64,000 nt of DNA, taken from Candidatus Gottesmanbacteria bacterium (GTDB lineage: Bacteria > Patescibacteriota > Microgenomatia > UBA10105 > UBA927). Shown piece after piece: positions 18,397-27,031 of this stretch. Each line of letters opens with the position of its first letter. The first letter of the stretch is position 1. The position numbers and the translations under genes are program-made. The DNA lies in assembly GCA_963714095.1 (NCBI GenBank), contig OY970230.1:596084-660083 (forward strand), written 5' to 3'. A model generated the notes under the pieces. That model did no database searches and had not been told where the DNA came from. It was given only the letters and a program-made list of their open reading frames with translations.

Positions 18397-18768
18397 ATGA
18401 TTGGTGTAGAAAAAATATTTGCGGCGGGCGCAACCGACATTGTAGGAACGGTCGCCAATCCCCTGCCGACGGCATATCAGGGTGTTGCCGGCGGAGGAAT
18501 TATTGTGTTTCTGACCAATATTCTCCGTTTAGTGTTCGTCGCTGCCGGCCTGTTTGCATTCATCAATCTTATTCTTGCAGGATTCCAGTTTATCGGAGCC
18601 GGCGGAGACGCCAAGGCAATCGAAAAAGCCTGGGGCAAAATCTGGCAATCACTGTTGGGACTTGTTTTAATCGTCGGCTCATTTGCGCTGGCCGCACTCA
18701 TCGGATATCTATTATTCAATGACCCCGGATTTATCCTGAAGCCGACGATTTACGGACCAGGATCATAA
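18397..18768 (+). CDS. VirB2/TrbC-like pilin
   Basis: TM-GFQFIGAGGDAKAIEKAWGKIWQSLLGL-TM. Confidence 0.8.
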   Translation: MIGVEKIFAAGATDIVGTVANPLPTAYQGVAGGGIIVFLTNILRLVFVAAGLFAFINLILAGFQFIGAGGDAKAIEKAWGKIWQSLLGLVLIVGSFALAALIGYLLFNDPGFILKPTIYGPGS

Positions 18769-18771
18769 CCT

Positions 18772-19149
18772 ATGGCACTACTCGCACAAAACCCAATACC
18801 ACTCAATCAATCAATCGGCGGGGCCGGATTGGGGCCGTTTGGTGCAGCCCCGGCGACATCCGGTACAGAGGCCGTTAACCAAATAACCAAAGTCGTGTCT
18901 GATGTCATCGGATTTCTGACGATAACTGCCGGTCTCTGGCTTCTCTTTCAACTGCTGTTCGGCGGATATGAATGGATCTCCAGTGCCGGCGACTCAAAAA
19001 AACTCGCGGCAGCCAGGCAGCGGATTATGAACGGGGTTTTCGGACTTATCATCGTTGTTGGCGCATGGGCAATGATCGCACTCGTCGGCCAATTCCTGGG
19101 ATACGACATTCTCAATCCTGCGGCTAATATTGGAAAATTACAATTTTAA
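18772..19149 (+). CDS. VirB2/TrbC-like pilin
   Basis: TM-GYEWISSAGDSKKLAAARQRIMNGVFGL-TM. Confidence 0.8.
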   Translation: MALLAQNPIPLNQSIGGAGLGPFGAAPATSGTEAVNQITKVVSDVIGFLTITAGLWLLFQLLFGGYEWISSAGDSKKLAAARQRIMNGVFGLIIVVGAWAMIALVGQFLGYDILNPAANIGKLQF

Positions 19150-19155
19150 CATCGT

Positions 19156-19503
19156 ATGAATACACGCGTGCTTGCACAAATTACAAATCCGGTTCTACCC
19201 GCTTCTTTGGGAAGCGGCGGCACCAGCCAGGGAGGGACAGTACTGGGTAAGTTAATCAGCGGGCTGGTCGGCGCGCTTTTTGTCGCGGGATTCTTGCTGA
19301 CGTTTATGATGCTTATCATCGGTGGCATCCAGTGGATTACTTCCGGCGGCGATAAGCAGGCGCTTGAAAAAGCCAGAAATGGTATTACCAACGCCATTAT
19401 GGGGCTGATTATTGTCGCTGCGTCCTTCGCCCTCATGACGCTTATCGGAAAATTTTTCGGTATCGATATGACAGCACTTACCGTTCCGAGCCTCAGTCAA
19501 TAA
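19156..19503 (+). CDS. VirB2/TrbC-like pilin
   Basis: TM-GGIQWITSGGDKQALEKARNGITNAIMGL-TM. Confidence 0.82.
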   Translation: MNTRVLAQITNPVLPASLGSGGTSQGGTVLGKLISGLVGALFVAGFLLTFMMLIIGGIQWITSGGDKQALEKARNGITNAIMGLIIVAASFALMTLIGKFFGIDMTALTVPSLSQ

Positions 19504-19580
19504 GGTACCTGCCTGTTGACAAGGGGGAATGCATTGCGCAACAATGATATCAAGGAAAAAAACGGTACGAAGGAGGCGGT

Positions 19581-19910
19581 ATGGAAAAGGTATTTGCACA
19601 AGCACAATTGAATATCCCGCAGCCGACGAATATTAAAATCGGCGATATCGGAAAGCTTATCAGTGCGCTCGTGGGGGTACTCCTTATTCTTGCCGCCCTC
19701 ATGGCGTTCTTCTTCCTAATCCTCGGTGGCATCCAGTGGATTACTTCTGGCGGCGATAAAGCCGGCATGGAAGCGGCACGCAATAAAATTACCCATGCAA
19801 TCGTCGGACTCATCATCGTCGGCGCTGCATGGGCCGTCATGATACTTGTCCAGAACTTCCTGGGCATCCAGATTATCGGAGGAAATCTTTCCCTCCCGCC
19901 GGCGTACTAA
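19581..19910 (+). CDS. VirB2/TrbC-like pilin (candidate major subunit)
   Basis: TM-GGIQWITSGGDKAGMEAARNKITHAIVGL-TM; AGGAGG Shine-Dalgarno and upstream TTGACA. Confidence 0.82.
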   Translation: MEKVFAQAQLNIPQPTNIKIGDIGKLISALVGVLLILAALMAFFFLILGGIQWITSGGDKAGMEAARNKITHAIVGLIIVGAAWAVMILVQNFLGIQIIGGNLSLPPAY

Positions 19911-19961
19911 AACGCCGCATTGTCTCTTGCCATACGCCATAATCTGCGCAATAATGTTTCT

Positions 19962-20276
19962 ATGGCTGACTGGACTGCAACCCCGGGGTGTATAGTTCAA
20001 GGCGCGGCGACATTTAAATGTTTTGAGCCGTTATTTACCAACGTTGTTCAGGCGCTTGTCGCACTTGTGGGTGTTGCCCTCTTTATCATGGTGGTCATAA
20101 GCGGCTACGGATTTTTATTCTCAGGCGGAGACCCTAAAAAGCTCGAAAAAGCCCGCGGGACACTCACCGCCGCCGTTGCAGGCGTCGTTATTATAGTCGT
20201 TGCCTATCTCATACTGAAAGCCATTCAACTGTTTACGGGGGTCGATGTCACGCACTTTACGGTTCCGACCAATTAA
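19962..20276 (+). CDS. VirB2/TrbC-like pilin
   Basis: Cys pair, then TM-GYGFLFSGGDPKKLEKARGTLTAAVAG-TM; TTGCCA-17-AATAAT-6nt-ATG. Confidence 0.8.
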   Translation: MADWTATPGCIVQGAATFKCFEPLFTNVVQALVALVGVALFIMVVISGYGFLFSGGDPKKLEKARGTLTAAVAGVVIIVVAYLILKAIQLFTGVDVTHFTVPTN

Positions 20277-20316
20277 CGTCATTGACTCGTACCCATTGAG
20301 TTAGCATAATAGATCT

Positions 20317-21762
20317 ATGAAGCGCACTGCCTTATTTTTTCTCATCTTCATTCTCGTCGGTTGGGTATTTGTCCCCCCGGCGCATGCAGCGATAAATGCA
20401 ATCCCCGGTGCCGTTGAGTTCGGAAAAACGTTCGACTCAAAAGTCAATACCGGCAGCATGAGCAAAGAGGTGTATACACCAAACACCCAGGCGTTGTATA
20501 TGGATACCGGCACATGCTTTATCGTGGGCTGCAGCATTGATCCTAAAAGCGCATTTTATAGCGGAAAAAGTGCTGTTGCGTCGGTAGGAAACGTGATCCT
20601 CGCCATGTATACCAACCCTCCTGCGGATCTGTCCCTTTGGATTCACAGCACAGCACAGGATCTGGGGTTTGAACCCAGAGAAGTACATGCCCAGGGCATC
20701 GGATTTACCGGCCTTTCCCCGCTTCTTTCGATCTGGACAATGGGCCGGAACATTTCGTACGGACTGTTGGCTGTCGTGATGATTGCCATCGGATTTATGG
20801 TGATGTTCAGAAAAAAAATCGATCCGAAAACTGTCCTAACAGTCCAGAATGCACTCCCAAAAATTGTTCTCGCGCTTCTTCTCATCACGTTTTCCTATGC
20901 AATCGCCGCTTTTCTTATTGACCTTATGTATCTTGTTATGGCTATCGTCATCAATCTCCTTGTGGGGGCAAGCAACGGAGCATTGGGCCCTCAAACCGCA
21001 GCAAAATATCTCGGGAGCGGACTGGGAACACTACTGGCTGCTCTATTTGGCGGAGGGATGAGCTCTATAGATGACCTTATGAAGCTGTTATTTTATAACA
21101 GCAATGCGCCATGGTGGAATACGCTTTCATTCGTAGTGAATGCTATATCTGGAGTGTGGGAGGCTCAGGGCGTACTTGTTAGTCTCATTGTCTCTATCAT
21201 CCTTCTTTTCGGTATCATACGCATAGCATTTATGCTAGTTGGTGCATATATCCAAATTATTATTTCGGTACTCATCTCCCCGTTTCAGCTCATGACGGAA
21301 GCCATACCTGGCGCGAACAGCTTTGCCTCTTGGATTAAAAATCTTATTGCCAATCTGGCAGTGTTCCCTGTTACCGCTGCTATGCTTCTTGTCGGGACGA
21401 TACTTACCCAATCAAACGCCGGAAACCTGTGGACTCCTCCGTTTTTAAGCTCAAGCGGAAGCCAGGGTGTTGCAGGGATCATCGGGCTCGGTGTACTTAT
21501 GACCATCCCGAATGTCGCCAATAGCATCAAAGAGGCTCTCAAGGCTAAAGCGCCGGTCAATGCGGGAGTAGGCGCTATCTTCGGCCCCGGAATCTCCGGT
21601 ACCACGGGTATTATGAATACGGCATATCAGGGAAGTATGATAAATAGCATGATTCGGGGTCACGGCGGAAAGCCAGAAACGGCAGAAGACAGTCCCCTCG
21701 CAAACATAGCAAAAGAAGTTCATGAATTGAGAGAACATATGGGCGCAGGACCAGTGGGATAA
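20317..21762 (+). CDS. VirB6/TrbL-like polytopic membrane protein
   Basis: Signal peptide, about six TMs, GFMVMFR.KI..TVQNALPKI..LLLITFSYAI...IDL, Gly-rich tail; follows pilin array. Confidence 0.65.
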   Translation: MKRTALFFLIFILVGWVFVPPAHAAINAIPGAVEFGKTFDSKVNTGSMSKEVYTPNTQALYMDTGTCFIVGCSIDPKSAFYSGKSAVASVGNVILAMYTNPPADLSLWIHSTAQDLGFEPREVHAQGIGFTGLSPLLSIWTMGRNISYGLLAVVMIAIGFMVMFRKKIDPKTVLTVQNALPKIVLALLLITFSYAIAAFLIDLMYLVMAIVINLLVGASNGALGPQTAAKYLGSGLGTLLAALFGGGMSSIDDLMKLLFYNSNAPWWNTLSFVVNAISGVWEAQGVLVSLIVSIILLFGIIRIAFMLVGAYIQIIISVLISPFQLMTEAIPGANSFASWIKNLIANLAVFPVTAAMLLVGTILTQSNAGNLWTPPFLSSSGSQGVAGIIGLGVLMTIPNVANSIKEALKAKAPVNAGVGAIFGPGISGTTGIMNTAYQGSMINSMIRGHGGKPETAEDSPLANIAKEVHELREHMGAGPVG

Positions 21763-21780
21763 ATTAAATATCCGAACCCC

Positions 21781-24700
21781 TTAATGCTGCTTTTCCTCTT
21801 CTTTTATTGCTGAAGCAATTGCTGCACCAAGAAGGGCCACCAGCACAATCCAATACCCTCGTCGAATAGATGCCAACACTCTATATGGGAGAGTTACTTT
21901 AAATTCCCTCATAAGGTCATGCGCCAGGTGTTTCTTGCCTAAAAACCCACCGCGGTCCTGAGCGGTTGCGATAATAGTGGAGATTGCCTTTTCATCGAAT
22001 GCATTTCCGTGGGCGCTCCCATACTCCACCGCATATGACACGAGGTTTCCGCTGAGTTTTTTCACAATCCCTTGCCTCACCAATTCTATTTTATCCTTCG
22101 GCACACCGAATAAGCGGAGTGGTAACAACTTCACGCCTTTTTCTATTGTCTCCTCCCGCACTTCGGTCAGCTGGCGCAACCCCCACTCGACAATGCCGCC
22201 CGGGGCCCACCCGAGTGTCCGGCGGGAACGGTATTCGTTCATGCGGATATAGGTAGACAGTAAATCTGTAAATGCCTGTGCAGCGTCATCATTTCCCGTA
22301 TACCCGATCATTTCCTTCTCCATCTCAAGAAGTTTATCGATGACTTTGTTGGGATCAGGATGAAATAAGAGCTCATGATTCGACATGACTTCCCGCAAAA
22401 TGGAGGCCGCCTTATACATGCCCACGTTATCCCTCCCGCGGCGGGCCATGGAGAGCGTCCCCGCCTTATGGTAATCCGTATCTTTCCAGTCAAGATCACC
22501 CATGCGCAGCGTCAACGGAAAGTCCGTTTCTGCCCATATCTTTTCCACGCCTTTTGCTTTTTCCATCATAGTCTGGATAAATTCCTGATATTTACCGATA
22601 TCAGCGGTCATTCCCCGCTCTAAAGCAAGCCGTTCTATATACGGAGCAACCAACTGACGGAAATTTTTTCCTCCCAGATCAATATCCGGAGAAATCAACA
22701 GTAATTTATTCAGGTTGATATCATTGTTCGCCAATGACAACGCCTGGCTTAAAATGTCAAAATCCACAAGCGGCTTCCCCGCAGGAGAGACAAACTGATC
22801 TTTCAACAATTTATAGCGCTCTTCTGCCATAAATTCCATAAATATCAGCGGATCGCGCTTGCGCATTTTTTCCAACAGGGCCCTGCGCTTATTTAGCCCC
22901 TCGGGACTCTTCCTGTCGGCAGACGCGAATTGGAATGCGAGCCCCGCATTCTCGGGATCTCCCGTTGTCCCTTCTGCCTGCGCGCGGGCACGCAAGTCTT
23001 CAACAAACGATGCAAGACTTGACCGGAGCTCATCTGAAACCCCAATTTCCGCCCGCCAGGTGCTGCCGTCGTAGATACCACCGCCTTTTAATATTTGGTT
23101 ATTTAATATCTGTGCAAAGGAAATTTTGGATTTATCTTCCCATACTTTAATTGCATCCAGTGTGGCCCGCTGTTCCGGATGCATCTTTGCATAGTCACTC
23201 AACCGGTCCCACATCTTGGATTGAGAAAGCATCAACATGCTGCCGTCTTGGTTTTTATGAAACTGCGACTCCCGGTTAAATATCGCCATGGCTGTTTTTC
23301 CGGCATCGCCTCCCATATTAAACCGCTCAAAAAATGTCTGCCATGCATGTACCCGCACAAGATCCTCCAACACCTCTGAGCGCATGGGAAATTTTGCGCC
23401 TTTCCCTTCTCCCACAATGCGGTAACTGCTGGCAAGAGATACCATGTGGCGGGTATAGACAAAATCGTACCGGGCCATGAGGATTGCCATTTTGGTGTCC
23501 ATTTCCAAATCAGCGTCATTCAGCTGCTTCTCTACTAAATCATCAAGCTCTTTGCCAGATATTGTTCCGCTTTTCATACGATTACGGATTTCAATTTCTT
23601 TCTGCAGACGCATCTGTTTTTTTACCTTAATTTCAAGGATGGAAAGACCGAGGTTGTCGCGGACATCCTGTTCTTCCGTTATCTTCTTTTTAAGCGTATC
23701 TACGCGCTTTTGTTGCTCTGGCGAACGGCTCGTTCTGGCGAGAAGTGAATCTAATTCTATCTGGTACGCGTTTAATTCACTGAGTTCGTGCTCTTCTGCA
23801 ACCGACCGCACGGTCTTACGTTGCAATTCTTTTATTCTGTCCCATTTTGTACTAACCCTTTTAAACTCATGCGGATTATAGCTCCAGTCACTGTCCCAGA
23901 GTGCCACGCCGTATCCAAGCTCAATCTGTTCGTCTTTCAGTCTCGCAAGCTCCAACTTGTCATCCGAAAGGTTTTGTAAGCTGCCCCGCGGTGTCTTAGC
24001 CGCGTCAGCAATTTCGTTTTCAAGAACCTCCGCGACTTTCTTGTCTTTTTCTGATTTAATACCACCGGGTTGCTTCTGTAGTGCTTCCAACTCGTTCTTC
24101 TTTGCGTCAATGATATCGGGAGTCAAATGTATTTTTTGCTCCAAAACTTTTATCCTCTGATCCCGTTCATTTTGGCTGAGAATTCCAAGACTTTTATCTC
24201 CATCCCTTAACTGAAACCACCGCGCTCTGAGATCCGATAAATGAGTGTGAATAACATACTCATAAATCGGGAGGGCCCGGTTCACGTCTGTAAATTCGTG
24301 GAGAAAATTAAAATCATCCGGCGTCAGCTGCATATACACCTCAAGCATTTTTTCCGCCGACAACCCTTCCTGCGTAAACAGTTTATTGAGCTGATGTGCG
24401 TGCTCAACGCCAAAACGTATCCGCCTCATGTCAAGCTTCTTTTCCAACCCTGCCCCTTCGCCGTATTTCCATTCAAGAAAATGCTCGACCTCTTCCAGTC
24501 TGATCCCTTCCGTAAACGTTGGCTGTGCTTCTCCGCGCGGGGACGCAATTTTTTCCAAAAGGTATTTCTTAAACCACCTCTCTTCTCCTTTGTCTTGTTT
24601 TAACATTTCCAGATCATCCTGTTTTAAATATTGGCTGAACTCGTATGGGCCAATCGGTCTGGGATAATCTTTCCAATGACCCGAACTGTTTTTTTCAATA

Positions 24701-25644
24701 TCCTCTATAGATATACTGTTTCTCTCATATCTTCCCGCACGGGCATTCTGCCGAGCAGTTTCTAGCGCTTTAAGATATTTGTTGATGGTGGTCCGCCACG
24801 GCTGCACGTCCGCACTTGATGCCTTTCCAGCATTTACCAAATCATCAAGATGTTTCAAATCTTCCTGTAACCGCGCCTGGTCAAAAACATCCCAATACGA
24901 CTGGCCGCCTTTTTGAACGAGCTCGACTCGTTCTCCCCATTTGCCGGCAAAATCTTTCATTCCTGCCGGAACGCTCTGGCTCGACGGCAAGGCTGAAAAA
25001 TCCTTCATAACGAAATAGTTGTCCAAGTCCTCATTCGTGAGGGCGCTTGCCACGGTCGGATTCTCGTGTTCCTGCGCTTCTTCATCAATGTGCTCCCCAT
25101 AATCCTCAAGCTGATCGTCTGCACGGTTCACAAGCTCTCCGGCGGTCAGCACATTGTACGGTTCCGGCGGCTGTTGATGTAAATGTTCCATGACAAATTC
25201 ACGGGCGATCGACATATACGGCGCGGCCTCCAGAGTCCAGTTGTCCGCCTGTTTAAAAAATGTAGCCAGCGCTTCGACTTGCTGCGAGGGGGGCGTGGAT
25301 GTCAAGATGGTTCTCAGGTCCAACAGCTTCTTTTGTACTGCCTCTGCCTGCCCCGCAGCCGCAAATGTTTTGTCGTCCACTGCCACCTGCGCAAGATTCA
25401 ATAATCTTTCAGATGCCGGTAAATTTTCAAGGGTGGCTTTCGGGGTTTTCTCAAGCATTTTTACGGCAATTTCCTTCTGTTTCTTCACTACTGCCTGACG
25501 GTTGAGATTTTCAACTTTTGACGCGTTTTCCCGGGGTCGCGCCGATTTAGCCGGTTTTTCCGAAGCGGCATCCAACAGCCTCTTAAATGAGCTGGCTTTC
25601 TCGGCCGCTCCGGCTCCTCCACGTATATCACCATGTTCTGCCAT
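21781..25644 (-). CDS. Large charged helical/coiled-coil hypothetical protein with C-terminal TM
   Basis: 1287 aa uninterrupted ORF, K/E-rich, single hydrophobic helix near C-terminus; no recognisable motif. Confidence 0.8.
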   Translation of the reverse strand: MAEHGDIRGGAGAAEKASSFKRLLDAASEKPAKSARPRENASKVENLNRQAVVKKQKEIAVKMLEKTPKATLENLPASERLLNLAQVAVDDKTFAAAGQAEAVQKKLLDLRTILTSTPPSQQVEALATFFKQADNWTLEAAPYMSIAREFVMEHLHQQPPEPYNVLTAGELVNRADDQLEDYGEHIDEEAQEHENPTVASALTNEDLDNYFVMKDFSALPSSQSVPAGMKDFAGKWGERVELVQKGGQSYWDVFDQARLQEDLKHLDDLVNAGKASSADVQPWRTTINKYLKALETARQNARAGRYERNSISIEDIEKNSSGHWKDYPRPIGPYEFSQYLKQDDLEMLKQDKGEERWFKKYLLEKIASPRGEAQPTFTEGIRLEEVEHFLEWKYGEGAGLEKKLDMRRIRFGVEHAHQLNKLFTQEGLSAEKMLEVYMQLTPDDFNFLHEFTDVNRALPIYEYVIHTHLSDLRARWFQLRDGDKSLGILSQNERDQRIKVLEQKIHLTPDIIDAKKNELEALQKQPGGIKSEKDKKVAEVLENEIADAAKTPRGSLQNLSDDKLELARLKDEQIELGYGVALWDSDWSYNPHEFKRVSTKWDRIKELQRKTVRSVAEEHELSELNAYQIELDSLLARTSRSPEQQKRVDTLKKKITEEQDVRDNLGLSILEIKVKKQMRLQKEIEIRNRMKSGTISGKELDDLVEKQLNDADLEMDTKMAILMARYDFVYTRHMVSLASSYRIVGEGKGAKFPMRSEVLEDLVRVHAWQTFFERFNMGGDAGKTAMAIFNRESQFHKNQDGSMLMLSQSKMWDRLSDYAKMHPEQRATLDAIKVWEDKSKISFAQILNNQILKGGGIYDGSTWRAEIGVSDELRSSLASFVEDLRARAQAEGTTGDPENAGLAFQFASADRKSPEGLNKRRALLEKMRKRDPLIFMEFMAEERYKLLKDQFVSPAGKPLVDFDILSQALSLANNDINLNKLLLISPDIDLGGKNFRQLVAPYIERLALERGMTADIGKYQEFIQTMMEKAKGVEKIWAETDFPLTLRMGDLDWKDTDYHKAGTLSMARRGRDNVGMYKAASILREVMSNHELLFHPDPNKVIDKLLEMEKEMIGYTGNDDAAQAFTDLLSTYIRMNEYRSRRTLGWAPGGIVEWGLRQLTEVREETIEKGVKLLPLRLFGVPKDKIELVRQGIVKKLSGNLVSYAVEYGSAHGNAFDEKAISTIIATAQDRGGFLGKKHLAHDLMREFKVTLPYRVLASIRRGYWIVLVALLGAAIASAIKEEEKQH

Positions 25645-25697
25645 AGCTACTACGATTGTATCGCTTGTTACGAACCCTGCGCAAGGAAGAAGTTGTG

Positions 25698-26465
25698 TTA
25701 CTGAAGAATCGGCAGATGGTGTTTGAAGTCATTCGCGCGGACGCGCGCAAGAACCCTTTCGACAACGTCTTTGGAAAATCCCGCGGCAACAATTTCATCG
25801 GGTGATTTTTTACCGTCAAACGCGAGCGCGAATATTTCATCCGCATCTTTGTACGTGAACCCAAACTCCCCCTCGTCCGTTTGCCCTTCCCACAGGCCCG
25901 CCGTGGGTTTTTTCGTCAAAATTGCTTCCGGCACGCCCACATATTTCGCAAGCTCATACACCTGCGTCTTATAGAGACTGCGCAGCGGCTCAATATCACT
26001 TGCCTCGTCCCCAAACCGCGTAAAGTAGCCCAAAAGGTGCTCGCTTTTATTTTCCGTACCCACGACCAATGCGTGCCGTTTTTTGGCATGGTCATAAAGA
26101 ATCATCATGCGCGCACGGGCCATGAGATTTCCCTTCCGGATATTATCCATGCCAAATTCTTTTCCTATAATCGGATCGAGAATCGGTTTAATATCCACCC
26201 GTGTAACCCGCGAAGGTGAAATTTTCAACAGTTCAATGACGCTCATGGCATCCAGCGTCGCCTGTGTACTCAGGCTTCCGTACGGAAGAAGTACCGGATA
26301 CACGTGCTCTGACCCAAGCGCGCGTACAGCCAATACAATGCTCGTGGACGAGTCAAGTCCTCCGGAAAGAGCAATGACTGCGTCGGAAAAACCAGCCGCT
26401 ACAAAAGATTGTTTCAAAAAAGCGATAAGTCGTTCAGAAACGGTTTTCGGATCAACGGATATCAT
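25698..26465 (-). CDS. nadE: NH3-dependent NAD+ synthetase
   Basis: ALSGGLDSS, GNLMARARM, GTENKSE, GYFTRFGD, PTAGLWEGQTDE. Confidence 0.95.
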   Translation of the reverse strand: MISVDPKTVSERLIAFLKQSFVAAGFSDAVIALSGGLDSSTSIVLAVRALGSEHVYPVLLPYGSLSTQATLDAMSVIELLKISPSRVTRVDIKPILDPIIGKEFGMDNIRKGNLMARARMMILYDHAKKRHALVVGTENKSEHLLGYFTRFGDEASDIEPLRSLYKTQVYELAKYVGVPEAILTKKPTAGLWEGQTDEGEFGFTYKDADEIFALAFDGKKSPDEIVAAGFSKDVVERVLARVRANDFKHHLPILQ

Positions 26466-27021
26466 ATAATTTGTGTTGATGAATATATGCAAGCACGCGC
26501 TCCGGCACTAATCCTATCACAGAATGTCCCCGATGTAAGCGCTTGCGGATGATGGTCGAAGAAATATTGCTGGTTACCAGATCGGGAGAACGGACTTGGG
26601 TAAAACTTGTCGGTAAAGACGAGGATATGGGATGACCATTGCGCGGGAACACCAAAAATTTCACTTCGCGTGCAAGAATTTCGTGATCTTTCCAGCGGTA
26701 AAACTCCCTCACAATGTCGCTACCCACAATCCAATAGAACTCGTGAGCATATTTCGCCTTCAGCCTCTGCACGGTTTCAATAGTATAGCTTTTTGCCTGC
26801 AGGTGAATTTCTTCATCGGACACGGTAATTGCCGGCTCTTCTATAAGCCGCGCCATGGCGAGTCGGTCACGGGACGCGGACACCGTTGTGTCCCAATTAT
26901 GGGCAAAGTACGGCATAAGCCAAATTTCATCCAATCCCAAAATCTCCTTTGTCTGACGGGCAACCAAAAGGTGCCCAAAATGCGGGGGGTCAAAAGAACC
27001 ACCGAGAATGCCTATTTTCAT
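26452..27021 (-). CDS. nadD: Nicotinate-nucleotide adenylyltransferase
   Basis: GILGGSFDPPHFGH, SYTIET, WIVGSD, ISSTIIR. Confidence 0.95.
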   Translation of the reverse strand: MKIGILGGSFDPPHFGHLLVARQTKEILGLDEIWLMPYFAHNWDTTVSASRDRLAMARLIEEPAITVSDEEIHLQAKSYTIETVQRLKAKYAHEFYWIVGSDIVREFYRWKDHEILAREVKFLVFPRNGHPISSSLPTSFTQVRSPDLVTSNISSTIIRKRLHRGHSVIGLVPERVLAYIHQHKLYDIR

Positions 27022-27031
27022 ACGACCGCTA

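Noticed and set aside
18062-20276. Type IV (PilA-like) pilins
   Set aside because: No G|FTLxE prepilin motif; the two-TM hairpin with a central G-D/N-x-K loop fits VirB2/TrbC-like pilins.
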